Origin: Bdellovibrionales bacterium GWB1_55_8
GTDB lineage: Bacteria; Bdellovibrionota; UBA1018
Reading direction: 5' to 3'
Assembly: GCA_001769835.1 (NCBI GenBank)
Contig: MEPR01000073.1
Coordinates: forward strand, 1,112 to 65,111
Length of the DNA: 64,000 nt
The position numbers and the translations under genes are program-made. Numbering within the stretch: the first letter of the stretch is position 1; each line of letters begins with the position of its first letter. The notes below the pieces were generated by a model. It saw only the letters and a list, made by a program, of their open reading frames with translations. It made no database searches and had not been told where the DNA came from. Positions 38,298-47,643 of this stretch are shown piece after piece.

Positions 38298-41200
38298 AAA
38301 CACGTCTATTGCCTCAGTCATCCGCGTTCATGATTCTCGGGTTGCTGGCGTCCATGGCCTTGCCTGATCCGGCGCTTGCCCTCGAAAACGTAACCCTCGT
38401 TCCCGTGAGAAGCGAAGACGCTCGCGCGCTCGCCAGGCTGCTCCCGGAACTTCGCGACCAAGCGGTCATCAAAACGACGCCTGTATTTTCTGAAAACGAA
38501 CGGAAGGCCCTTCGGGAACTGAACGAAGACGCCCTTGCCGCATCCCTACATGCCTCCTTCGCCACGACCGAAGAACTCCGTGCCTTTTCGAATTCCCTTG
38601 CAGCGCGTGGGATCGCGGTTCGCGTCGAGTCCAGGGAACTCCCGGTCCGTCTGTCCTCTGTCCTGTCGTCAAAGCCGGAACCACTCGAGCACGAGCAGTG
38701 GGGATTGAAAAACCGAGGAACGCCTCTAACAGTCCCGATTGACGATATCACCAGCACGACTCTGACATCGCGTGCGGGAGAGGACGTGCAGATCGGGCAG
38801 GTCCCGGCGGAAAAGACCGGAGCCTCGAAAATCGTCGTTGCGGTTCTGGATACCGGTGTCGATGGCGCGCATCCCGACCTGATTCCGAATCTTCTGCAAA
38901 AGCCCGATGAATGCGTCGCACTCGAAAGTTATCGCGAATGCCTGAAAGGAACCGATCGCAAGGCTTGCGATGAACGCTTCGGCAACTTTGATTCTGATGG
39001 CAACGGATATCCCATGGACTGCCTGGGCTGGAATTTGACAGTGGGAAAAAATCCGCTGAACGGGATTCAGGGAAACAGCCAGTCCAACGATACCGTCGGC
39101 CACGGGACCCATGTCGCGGGGGTGATCGGAGCGGCCTCCAACGGAATCGGAATTCGCGGGGTGAGCCAGAATGTGGCGCTTCTCCCCGTGAAGATATTCA
39201 ATGGAAATCCAAGATCTCCGGTTCGTGCTCAGTCGCTCGAAAGCACGACTTCCGGGGAGCCCGTGCCGTTGCCTTCTGAAAACGGCAGAAAGTGGGGAAC
39301 AGGCTTCGCAGATGTGATCGCCCGGGGCGTGCTCTACGCAATCCGCTCCGGCGCCCACGTCATGAACATCTCGCTCGCCTGGCCGGCGTCCGCTGACTCG
39401 GAGCTCATGCGACGAATGGTACGTCTCGCCCAATCGCGCGGGATTCTGATCGTTGCCGCGGCAGGCAATGATTCGACCGAAGCGGAAGTCATGCCCTGTG
39501 CTTATGATGGCGTCGTTTGCGTCGCCTCGCATCAGCCCGATGGAACTCTCTCTCACTTTTCCAACCATGGCGCCTCGGTCGATCTTGCGGCTCCTGGAGT
39601 TCGCATCCTGAGCACGTGGCCCCTGGCGCTCCGTCCGCAGGTTTTCACCGATCTGGTCGGTTATGAGTTCAAGAACGGCACCTCGATGGCCGCTCCGTTT
39701 GTCACAGGGGCGCTGGCGCGCCTGATGGCCGGAGGCATGTCGTCCGACGAAGCGCTCGCACGGGTCCTGATCGGCACACGACCGATCACCGGGAAAGGTT
39801 CACGCTCCGTTCGCTTCGGAAATCTCGACCTCGGAGGAAGCTTCCGCACCTCGCCCGAACCCCTGATCGTTCCTGAACGAAAAGGAATGACCGAGATCAC
39901 CTGGGAACGAGCACAAAAACAACTCACTCCTGTTTTGAATCTCAAGAACCTATGGCAGACAGCGCCTGCTGCTCAACTCACGATCAGGTTACCCGCTGAA
40001 CTCCAATCGGCGCTCCGCATCGACCAGTCCGTGTTCGACTTCAAAAACTGGAGCTCCGGTGAAAGTCGCACAGTAGCTGTACCGATCACCATTCTCGATG
40101 ACGAATTTCCCTCTGAAATAGACCTCTGGGTGGAAGTGAAAACTCCGCGCCAGTCACTGTTTGCGGCGGGCCGCCCTCCCCGCTCCTTCAAGGTCCGCGT
40201 CTCGGTGAGCGTGAATGTCGGGATCGACAGTGCCGATCCTGAATTCGAATCCATTCCCCTCGTGGGCATCGATCACCCGCGGACGGCCGTGAAAATCAGA
40301 AGCGTGCTCCCGACGGGCACCTCGGCATCTTCCAAGGTGCTCCGAGATTACGCGCTCATTCAGCCGAACGCCAAAGGCGACCGCATCATTCAGCTTTTCT
40401 CTCGCCGGGTGAGCGCGGATCAGGAGATCGGGTCTTACGAATTTCAGGGCAGCCATTCACTTGCGCGAACCGACGGAGAACTCCTTGCGCTTTATCGCCT
40501 CGATCTGGAACGCGACGGAAATGATGAGTACGCGCTTCTGACTACGTTCACTGGCGCAGGCGCAGACGGGAAACCGAGCTCACGGTTCCGATTCGTCTTC
40601 CTGGATGCCAGAGGCACGCGCCTGACTGGACCCACCGGCGAACTCACCTACGAACCAACGAAAGCAGTGCTTCCGGAAAGTTTCTCGTGGCTTGCCAACG
40701 GCAGCCGTTTGAGCCCGGCCTGGGTGGGAGGTGGATTCACCCCTGACAGCGAGATTCCCGCTTATGATCCCTGGAATCCTGATTGGTCGGATTCCCCGCG
40801 TTCGAGGTTCTATTACCTGGACGCCTCAGGGCTGCGGACGGTGAAGGAACCCAAAGACTACACCTTTGTGGCCACGCTGGGGCAAACGGACTCACAGAAA
40901 CTTGCAGGCGTTATTCCCGTCATTTTAGCTCGCGGGGAGTCTTACCGCCTGGAGTATGCGACGGCGCTCGTCCAAATGCCCGAAGGAGCACAGCAGCCCG
41001 TGGTGGCCGCCATCACCCCCCTCCGGTTGCAGGATTATCGGATGCTACTGGGCTTCGATACGGCCCAAACGGCGTGGTCTCTGGATACCGGCGCTTCGGC
41101 GGCGGGAACCGCTTTCTCCCTGGTGAGCCGCCCCGGGACCCTTCGCACGACCATCTTGCAATATGCGAATGTCCGGAGTGCCGTCGAAAATGTCATTGAG

Positions 41201-41683
41201 AAGATCTCGGATGTCATCAGCACCCCGGTCTTCGAGACGGATTCAGTTGTTCGAACGGCCGCTGTATTCGTTGGAACCGGTGGTGGGATTTTCACGCAAA
41301 CCCAATTCGACCTGCAGTTCCAGGATGCAGCCGAAGGAGCCACCGCCGTAAGCAGCCTTCGCCGGTTCAGCTTCCTCCCACAGCTTTCATTTCTGCGAAG
41401 CTTTCTGCCAGCTGCGGTGCATGGAAGAAAACCGGAAGACCGGCGTCTTCCCGCGATTCTTATCGAAGGATCACCCACCGGAAAAGACATCTCCGAAGTC
41501 ATTGTCCCGAAATATGGCCCGGACGGTCGGCTGGAACAGCTCATTCAGCCGGCACGACTCAGACTCGCGGCAGCCGCTGGCTGCCAACGCATTCCAAACC
41601 CGATCGCGCCATCGAGCGGAGCCCCCACACAGGTCTCGTTTTTCTGTGGTGATCGATTCATACGGGTGCCACTTACGCACTGA
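38294..41683 (+). CDS. Secreted S8 subtilase with long C-terminal extension
   Basis: Catalytic triad VAVLDTG / HGTHVAG / GTSMAAP, oxyanion AAAGND, signal peptide and prodomain; about 600 aa beta-rich tail. Confidence 0.92.
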   Translation: MKTRLLPQSSAFMILGLLASMALPDPALALENVTLVPVRSEDARALARLLPELRDQAVIKTTPVFSENERKALRELNEDALAASLHASFATTEELRAFSNSLAARGIAVRVESRELPVRLSSVLSSKPEPLEHEQWGLKNRGTPLTVPIDDITSTTLTSRAGEDVQIGQVPAEKTGASKIVVAVLDTGVDGAHPDLIPNLLQKPDECVALESYRECLKGTDRKACDERFGNFDSDGNGYPMDCLGWNLTVGKNPLNGIQGNSQSNDTVGHGTHVAGVIGAASNGIGIRGVSQNVALLPVKIFNGNPRSPVRAQSLESTTSGEPVPLPSENGRKWGTGFADVIARGVLYAIRSGAHVMNISLAWPASADSELMRRMVRLAQSRGILIVAAAGNDSTEAEVMPCAYDGVVCVASHQPDGTLSHFSNHGASVDLAAPGVRILSTWPLALRPQVFTDLVGYEFKNGTSMAAPFVTGALARLMAGGMSSDEALARVLIGTRPITGKGSRSVRFGNLDLGGSFRTSPEPLIVPERKGMTEITWERAQKQLTPVLNLKNLWQTAPAAQLTIRLPAELQSALRIDQSVFDFKNWSSGESRTVAVPITILDDEFPSEIDLWVEVKTPRQSLFAAGRPPRSFKVRVSVSVNVGIDSADPEFESIPLVGIDHPRTAVKIRSVLPTGTSASSKVLRDYALIQPNAKGDRIIQLFSRRVSADQEIGSYEFQGSHSLARTDGELLALYRLDLERDGNDEYALLTTFTGAGADGKPSSRFRFVFLDARGTRLTGPTGELTYEPTKAVLPESFSWLANGSRLSPAWVGGGFTPDSEIPAYDPWNPDWSDSPRSRFYYLDASGLRTVKEPKDYTFVATLGQTDSQKLAGVIPVILARGESYRLEYATALVQMPEGAQQPVVAAITPLRLQDYRMLLGFDTAQTAWSLDTGASAAGTAFSLVSRPGTLRTTILQYANVRSAVENVIEKISDVISTPVFETDSVVRTAAVFVGTGGGIFTQTQFDLQFQDAAEGATAVSSLRRFSFLPQLSFLRSFLPAAVHGRKPEDRRLPAILIEGSPTGKDISEVIVPKYGPDGRLEQLIQPARLRLAAAAGCQRIPNPIAPSSGAPTQVSFFCGDRFIRVPLTH

Positions 41684-41787
41684 AAGGAGCCAATAAGGCA
41701 GGGTCATTCGGAAACCACCTGAATTTTTTTCTATCGACAGAAACGCCAAGGCGGAAGCGGATCTTGTCATATCAGCTAGTTACGCTT

Positions 41788-41803
41788 CGGCATCGTTCTT
41801 GCT
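41788..41803 (+). promoter_or_regulatory. sigma54 -24/-12 promoter
   Basis: CGGCATCGTTCTTGCT (GG-N10-GC), 37 nt upstream of ATG 41841. Confidence 0.55.
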
Positions 41804-41840
41804 GTTGCGTCCCGCCGAGAACAGAAAGGGATAAAAATTT

Positions 41841-42593
41841 ATGATCACTACAAAAACAACAGTTCAACTTATGGCGGTGGTGGCTCTCATCGTCGCCGCG
41901 CCAATGATGGGATGCAGAAGCTCAAGCCATCACACCTCGGTCATTTCCGATCCTTACCAGCCGATGTGGTACGACGTTTATGGCCGCTACTGCGGTACCG
42001 GCACTCCGTCCGCTGGCTGTAACTATTATTCCAATGGCCTGAAGATCATCGACATCGAAGATCCTTACTTCAACAACTACTACAATCTGGAATATGCCTA
42101 TTGGGAGTATTATGACGAGTACGGTTATCTCTCGTACTACCTCGGCTGGGCCTGGCTGAGCCCGAATGACATCCTCTACAACGAAAACGGAAGAGCACTG
42201 AACGAGACCGGCAACGAAGAAGGTCGCGACATCGTCGCTGAAGCTGGAGAACAGCAGGAATCAGCGATCATGGGCGCAGGCAAACAATTCGCTTCGCGCT
42301 ATGCTCTTGCGGACTCCGTAGGCGTTCGAATCGCGCGCACCCTGAATGATTGGGCAACACTGGCAAAATCGCGCTCCCGCACGGAGCAGGACATTGCTGA
42401 CTTCTCAAAGCGCCTCTACGGCGTAGATTACACCCAGGTCACCTCGGCTCTCGCCAAGGCTGCTGAAGGTGACAAAACCGAGATCAACGTTGCCCTCGGC
42501 GAAATGGCGGACTACTGGGGAACGACCCCTGAGACTTCCCGCGAAATCGTAAAGGGCGCCTACAAAGACGTTCTTGGCGACTTCAACCCCTAA
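41841..42593 (+). CDS. Tyr-rich putative lipoprotein
   Basis: Lipobox-like MMGC, aromatic/acidic Tyr-rich N-half, helical C-half; followed by its own terminator. Confidence 0.75.
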   Translation: MITTKTTVQLMAVVALIVAAPMMGCRSSSHHTSVISDPYQPMWYDVYGRYCGTGTPSAGCNYYSNGLKIIDIEDPYFNNYYNLEYAYWEYYDEYGYLSYYLGWAWLSPNDILYNENGRALNETGNEEGRDIVAEAGEQQESAIMGAGKQFASRYALADSVGVRIARTLNDWATLAKSRSRTEQDIADFSKRLYGVDYTQVTSALAKAAEGDKTEINVALGEMADYWGTTPETSREIVKGAYKDVLGDFNP

Positions 42594-42618
42594 TCGTCGA
42601 AACTGAATTCTTAACCTG

Positions 42619-42659
42619 AACGCCTCCGCGGGACAGCTCCCCCGGAGGCGTTTTTTTTT
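42619..42659 (+). terminator. Intrinsic terminator
   Basis: CGCCTCCG/CGGAGGCG stem followed by T9. Confidence 0.9.
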
Positions 42660-42690
42660 CCTGAGATGCCAGGAACCGGAGCAATCCGAA

Positions 42691-42717
42691 TTGACAGCTG
42701 TCAGATTTAATTATAAT
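42691..42717 (+). promoter_or_regulatory. sigma70 consensus hexamers with an overlapping palindrome
   Basis: TTGACA-N15-TATAAT; perfect palindrome TGACAGCTGTCA at 42692-42703. Confidence 0.55.
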
Positions 42718-42745
42718 GCAATGCGTCAAAGGATCGGTCATCCCT

Positions 42746-44548
42746 ATGTCCCTTTCCGTTCCCTCAAAAAGCAAACTCGGCTTCGTCACGACACTGTTGA
42801 TCTCCACCTTGCTGCTGCAGGCCCAACCCAGCGCCGCACAGTCGTCTGAAGACCTTCCAGAGCGTCTGGTGATCGGCATGGACGGTGTCTCCTACTACGA
42901 CCTTCAACGACTTCAGGCAGAAGGGCTTTTCAAGAATTTTCATGCGGTAAGCCGCGCCATCTCAACATTCCCCTCATTAAGCGACATTGCCTGGGCCGAT
43001 ATTTTTCAAACGATTCAGCCAAACGGCTATCAGCGCTTCCATTACAGCGTTCGCGCCAACCGCATCGTCGGTGGAGCGCTCTCGGATCTCGGAAATCCAA
43101 TCGACTACGAAAAGCAGATGCACCTCGCCTTTGAGGACCTCGGGCACCACACGTTTTCCTACATGTTCGCGGCGAACGCAGCGGAAGAGGAGATCGAGAC
43201 CATTACCCGCGACGTTCTGAATGCTCGCGGCATCCGGACGTTTTACACGTACATGCTTTCAACCGACACCCTCCAGCACACGGACGGTGACATCATCGGT
43301 TTTTTGAAACTGCTGAATCGCAAACTCTCCGAACTTCAGACCGAGTATCGCCGGCAAACCGGCAAAGAGCTTCGGATCGCGCTTCTCTCAGACCACGGGA
43401 ACACCCATCACAACAAGGGCATCCGCGTCCCGGTTCGCGAGTTTCTGGAGGAACGGGGCTTCCGCATCTCCGAAAAAATCGAGCGCGAGAAGGACATCGT
43501 GTTCACGGCAGCCGGCATCCTCAGTTCGATCGCGATCTTCAGCCGTGAAAGCCAGATCAATGCCATTGTCGAAAACATTGTTGAACTGGACGGTGTGGAC
43601 CTCATCTCCTACGTGCTTCCGGGGGACGGTGATCTGATAGGCCTGCGCAACAGCGAAGGCGAGGAAGCTCTCATCGTGAAACGCGAGGGAGAGAAGAAAT
43701 ACTCCTATCAGATGACAAAGGGAGACCCGCTCAATTACGCCGAGATCGTCGCACGCCTTCAGCAGGAAGGAAAAATGGACGATGCCGGATTCGTAACCTC
43801 CGAAGACTGGCTGCAAGCGACTTCAGATCACTTCTATCCGGCTGCGGTTGAAAGAATTTACCGCGGACATCGCGTCGTGACACTGAACCCCGCCCGCATC
43901 CTCGTTTCCCTGAAGGACGGTTACGAGAACGCCAACAGTCTTGTCAAATTCATGACCCACTTCAAGAAGCGCGGCGGCACCCATGGCGCTTTGAGCGACA
44001 AGGGCACCAATGGGATTCTCATGACGAATTACATGCCGACGCGTGACCTCACGACCGACAGGATTTCTGATTTCCTGCAACTGTCCGAACTTCGCGAATA
44101 TCGCAAGGAAAAGGCCGGGGCACGTTTCACCGACTCACGCATCATCGGGACCGACCTCGATAACGGTGCGCCTGTCGAATCCGATGACAACCTGGGCCCG
44201 CAACATGAAACGTTCCTGAACCTCTGGGATCCGGAAGCCCGCTCGTTCGCGGAACTTGGGATCGAGACGCGTTACCGCTTCCTGGTGAAACATAACGGAT
44301 TCTCCCTGTTCAACCGCAAAGCTTCAAACCGGGAGTTCGTCGCGGATTCCCTTCCAAGAACTTCGGACGAAACGGAATTCCGCATTCCCCTCGCCCTTGC
44401 GATTCCGGATCACCTGAATCCGGGCGAATACTTCGTGAAGGTCTACGCAAGACGAATGGACCCAAAAACAGGAAAAGAGCTCGCAGAAAAGAAGCTCGTC
44501 CTGCTCCGTTTTTTCACGGACCTTGACGGACAGGTTGTCGCTTACTGA
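42746..44548 (+). CDS. Exported alkaline-phosphatase-superfamily enzyme (NPP/phosphodiesterase-like)
   Basis: IGMDGV, TFPSLS, DTLQH, SDHG and THGAL metal/nucleophile motifs; signal peptide. Confidence 0.8.
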   Translation: MSLSVPSKSKLGFVTTLLISTLLLQAQPSAAQSSEDLPERLVIGMDGVSYYDLQRLQAEGLFKNFHAVSRAISTFPSLSDIAWADIFQTIQPNGYQRFHYSVRANRIVGGALSDLGNPIDYEKQMHLAFEDLGHHTFSYMFAANAAEEEIETITRDVLNARGIRTFYTYMLSTDTLQHTDGDIIGFLKLLNRKLSELQTEYRRQTGKELRIALLSDHGNTHHNKGIRVPVREFLEERGFRISEKIEREKDIVFTAAGILSSIAIFSRESQINAIVENIVELDGVDLISYVLPGDGDLIGLRNSEGEEALIVKREGEKKYSYQMTKGDPLNYAEIVARLQQEGKMDDAGFVTSEDWLQATSDHFYPAAVERIYRGHRVVTLNPARILVSLKDGYENANSLVKFMTHFKKRGGTHGALSDKGTNGILMTNYMPTRDLTTDRISDFLQLSELREYRKEKAGARFTDSRIIGTDLDNGAPVESDDNLGPQHETFLNLWDPEARSFAELGIETRYRFLVKHNGFSLFNRKASNREFVADSLPRTSDETEFRIPLALAIPDHLNPGEYFVKVYARRMDPKTGKELAEKKLVLLRFFTDLDGQVVAY

Positions 44549-44562
44549 ACCTCGTGGGCTTC

Positions 44563-45993
44563 CTATTTCGTGCTGAGATATTCGTGAATCCCGGCAGCCG
44601 CGACCTTTCCGTCACCCATGGCCAGAATCACGGTCGCACCACCGCGAACGATGTCCCCGCCTGCGAACACACCAGCAAGATTCGTCGCCGCGGTTTTTTC
44701 GTCGCTCACGACATTGCCCCATTTGTTCAGCTGAAGCTCAGGAGCCGTTTGTGAAAGCAGCGGGTTGGCGCGCGTTCCGAGGGCGTTGATCACGACGTCA
44801 GCCTGAAGGTCCTCGATCGCACCTTCGATGGCAATGGGCTTCCTGCGGCCCGAGGCATCGGGTTCGCCGAGTTCCATCTTCTGGCACTTCAAAGCCGTGC
44901 ACCAGTTGTCCTTGTCACCAAGAATCGCCAGCGGCGCGGTCAGGAAAACAAATTCCACGCCCTCGTCCTTGGCGTGATGGATTTCTTCCACACGAGCAGG
45001 CATTTCAGCCTCAGTGCGGCGATAAACGATCATGGAACGCTCAGCGCCCAGGCGTCGGGCCGTGCGAACGCAATCCATGGCGGTATTGCCGGCGCCGATG
45101 ACCGCGACCCGTTTTCCTTGAACGATCGGAGTGCTGCAATCAGCCAGCTGTCCTGCGCCCATCAGATTCACGCGTGTCAGGAATTCGTTGGCCGAGTACA
45201 CGCCTTTCAGGTTTTCACCGGGTATGTTCAGCATCATCGGAAGTCCGGCGCCGTTCGCGATGAATACCGCGTCGAACTCCTCGCGCAGCTGTTTCAAAGT
45301 CAGCGTCTTTCCGATGATGACATTCAACTCGATGGTGACACCCAGGTCTTTGAGTCCTGCGACTTCCTGATCGATGATGGTCTTGGGGAGCCGGAACTCG
45401 GGAATTCCGTACCGGAGGACCCCCCCGGTATCGTGAAGCGCTTCAAAAATGGTGACTTTATGACCCTTGCGAGCAAGTTCACCCGCCGCGGTGATCCCTG
45501 CAGGACCGCAACCCACAACGGCCACGGTCTTTCCCGTCGGAGTGACGGAGACTTTTTCACGAACCTGATCGATATGCTGATTCGCCCAGTCGGCGACAAA
45601 GCGCTCCAGATAACCGATGGCCACCGGAAGGCTTTTCACGCCACGGACGCACTCCGCTTCGCACTGTTTTTCCTGCGGGCAAACACGACCGCAAACAGCC
45701 GGAAGCGAGGTGTCTTTTTTCAGGATTTTCGCGGCTTCCGCGAGCTTCCCTTGAGACAGAGCACTGATGAATTCCGGGATCGAAACGCCCACCGGACAGC
45801 CCACGACGCAATTACGCTTCTTGCAATTCAAGCAGCGTTGCGCCTCGAGAATCGCGGCGGCTTCATTCAGGCCCAGGTTCACTTCCTGGAAATTGCGGCT
45901 TCTGACGGTTCCATCGGCTTCGGGCATTTTCACGCGCTCGATCGCCATCCGCTCTTTCATACTCATGGTTGCAACAGTTTTGGTATCGCTCAT
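44563..45993 (-). CDS. NfnB/SudA-type large subunit (GltD homologue) of ferredoxin:NADP oxidoreductase
   Basis: RCLNC...CVVGCP, CGRVCPQEKQCE, GCGPAG, YGIPEFRLPK, GAGNTAMD and GGATVILAMG; paired with an NfnA-like gene and no gltB nearby. Confidence 0.85.
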   Translation of the reverse strand: MSDTKTVATMSMKERMAIERVKMPEADGTVRSRNFQEVNLGLNEAAAILEAQRCLNCKKRNCVVGCPVGVSIPEFISALSQGKLAEAAKILKKDTSLPAVCGRVCPQEKQCEAECVRGVKSLPVAIGYLERFVADWANQHIDQVREKVSVTPTGKTVAVVGCGPAGITAAGELARKGHKVTIFEALHDTGGVLRYGIPEFRLPKTIIDQEVAGLKDLGVTIELNVIIGKTLTLKQLREEFDAVFIANGAGLPMMLNIPGENLKGVYSANEFLTRVNLMGAGQLADCSTPIVQGKRVAVIGAGNTAMDCVRTARRLGAERSMIVYRRTEAEMPARVEEIHHAKDEGVEFVFLTAPLAILGDKDNWCTALKCQKMELGEPDASGRRKPIAIEGAIEDLQADVVINALGTRANPLLSQTAPELQLNKWGNVVSDEKTAATNLAGVFAGGDIVRGGATVILAMGDGKVAAAGIHEYLSTK

Positions 45994-46000
45994 TGAATTA

Positions 46001-46846
46001 TCATCCCCGTCCGATTTTGCATTTATCAGGTGCGCACTGTTCGAGCGCCTTGCGTTCGTGGTCGCGATAGGTCGCGAGACGATCCCTGAGAAGGTCAAAG
46101 TCAACCAGGTGTCCGTCAAACTCCGGGCCGTCCACGCAGGCGAATTTCACTTCGCCGCCGACGTCGACGCGGCAGCCGCCGCACATTCCGGTTCCATCGA
46201 TCATGATGGGATTCAAACTCACGATGGTCGGGATCTTCTCGGGACGAGTCATTTCCGCAACCGCCTTCATCATCGGGCCGGGGCCGACCGCGAAAACTGC
46301 GTCCGGACGGCGCGCGGGATCACTCATCATGTCCGCCAGCACATTCGTGACGAAACCTTTGCGTCCGCGACTTCCGTCATCGGTCGTGATCTCAAGGTGC
46401 TTGGAAAGCGCGCTGAGTTCATCCACCAGGATCACGTAAGGCGAGGAGCGCCCGCCGATGATTGTGGTGATTTCATTGTTTTGAGCAAGCGCCTTGACGA
46501 GGGGGTAAAGAACCGCGGTGCCCACGCCGCCACCGATGCAGGCCACCCGGCCCCATTTTTCAATATGGGTCGGAAGGCCGAGAGGGCCCGCCACATCGCG
46601 AATCTTTCCGCCTGCTGGAATTCCAACAATTTTACGGGTCGAAGCGCCAATGGCCTGGATGAAAAGTGAAATCGTCCCCTGCTCTACATCCGCATCACCG
46701 ATCGTAAGCGGGATTCTCTCCTCGCCTACATCAGCCCGGACAATAACGAACTGGCCGGCCTTGCGGGCCTTGGCGATTCTGGGCGCTCGAACAACCATCT
46801 TATGCAGGTCCGGTGCAAGGACCTCATTGCTGAGTACATCAAACAT
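46001..46846 (-). CDS. NfnA/SudB-type small subunit (FAD, 2Fe-2S)
   Basis: GQFVIVR, ERIPLTI, GPLG, GGGVG, DGTGMCGGCRV and CVDGPEFDGH. Confidence 0.88.
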   Translation of the reverse strand: MFDVLSNEVLAPDLHKMVVRAPRIAKARKAGQFVIVRADVGEERIPLTIGDADVEQGTISLFIQAIGASTRKIVGIPAGGKIRDVAGPLGLPTHIEKWGRVACIGGGVGTAVLYPLVKALAQNNEITTIIGGRSSPYVILVDELSALSKHLEITTDDGSRGRKGFVTNVLADMMSDPARRPDAVFAVGPGPMMKAVAEMTRPEKIPTIVSLNPIMIDGTGMCGGCRVDVGGEVKFACVDGPEFDGHLVDFDLLRDRLATYRDHERKALEQCAPDKCKIGRG

Positions 46847-46955
46847 TCATCACCTCGGTTGGATAGGCAGGATATAGAATTTTTTTGCTCAGATGGCCAG
46901 CACTTCAAGCGATTCGGTGGCAAAAAATGCGGCTACCGCCGGCTGCAGCGCTGCT

Positions 46956-46983
46956 TAAAGGCTCGGCCATCCTGATCCGATAA
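46956..46983 (+). promoter_or_regulatory. sigma28-like promoter
   Basis: TAAA-N16-TCCGATAA ending 9 nt before ATG 46993. Confidence 0.4.
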
Positions 46984-46992
46984 GCCATAAGG

Positions 46993-47643
46993 ATGAAGAT
47001 ACGGGAAATCCTTGCCCTTCTGGCGATCATTGCCTCGATACCTGCTCAGGCTGTCGAGCGAAAGTGCCTGGTATCCGAAATCGGAGCAATGATCGGAGGA
47101 CGCGGCGAAGCCGCCAGCGTTGACGCCGCTCCCTACGCTCACGCAGACACGGTCCTCTTCTTGTCCGATTCTTCACAGACCACCGTGAACGGCCTTTCTC
47201 TCGGTTCGGCGATTGCGGAAGCCTACCCGGAAAAAAGCGTGGTTCGGACGGACTTTGCCTTTGCTGATGAGATCACAGGAAACCTGTCGACCCGTTATAT
47301 GGATAATACGAAGCCGTTTCCTTTCCCTGACAACTCGTTTGACGTCATTGTCATGCGCCGCGGGCTTTGCATCTGCCATGGCAGCCGGGTTTGCGGGGGG
47401 TTTCTTCCCATCAGCGAGGAGTCCCGGCAGTTCTTCTCGGAAGTGACTCGAGTGCTCAACAAGAAGAATCCTCGCGCGAAAGCGGTGCTTGAAGGCGGCT
47501 ACGGGGTCTTTCCAAATGTGGAAAACGCATGGAGGGAAATTGGCGAACAATTGGAGCAAACCCAGGGCGTCTCCATGGAGATCTTCACCAGTCCCTGGGG
47601 CGGCTTTCACTCCATCGCCATTTCGCCAGCGCGCACACCTTAA
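46993..47643 (+). CDS. Signal-peptide-bearing class I SAM-methyltransferase-like protein
   Basis: Sec signal ending AQA; MDNTKPFPFPDNSFDVIV and EVTRVL motifs; motif I degenerate. Confidence 0.6.
   Translation: MKIREILALLAIIASIPAQAVERKCLVSEIGAMIGGRGEAASVDAAPYAHADTVLFLSDSSQTTVNGLSLGSAIAEAYPEKSVVRTDFAFADEITGNLSTRYMDNTKPFPFPDNSFDVIVMRRGLCICHGSRVCGGFLPISEESRQFFSEVTRVLNKKNPRAKAVLEGGYGVFPNVENAWREIGEQLEQTQGVSMEIFTSPWGGFHSIAISPARTP

Noticed and set aside
44563-45993. Glutamate synthase small subunit (gltD)
   Set aside because: No large subunit gene nearby; the adjacent NfnA/SudB-like gene points to NfnAB.
44974-45996. 340-aa plus-strand ORF
   Set aside because: Antisense shadow of the NfnB-like gene with no recognisable motifs.
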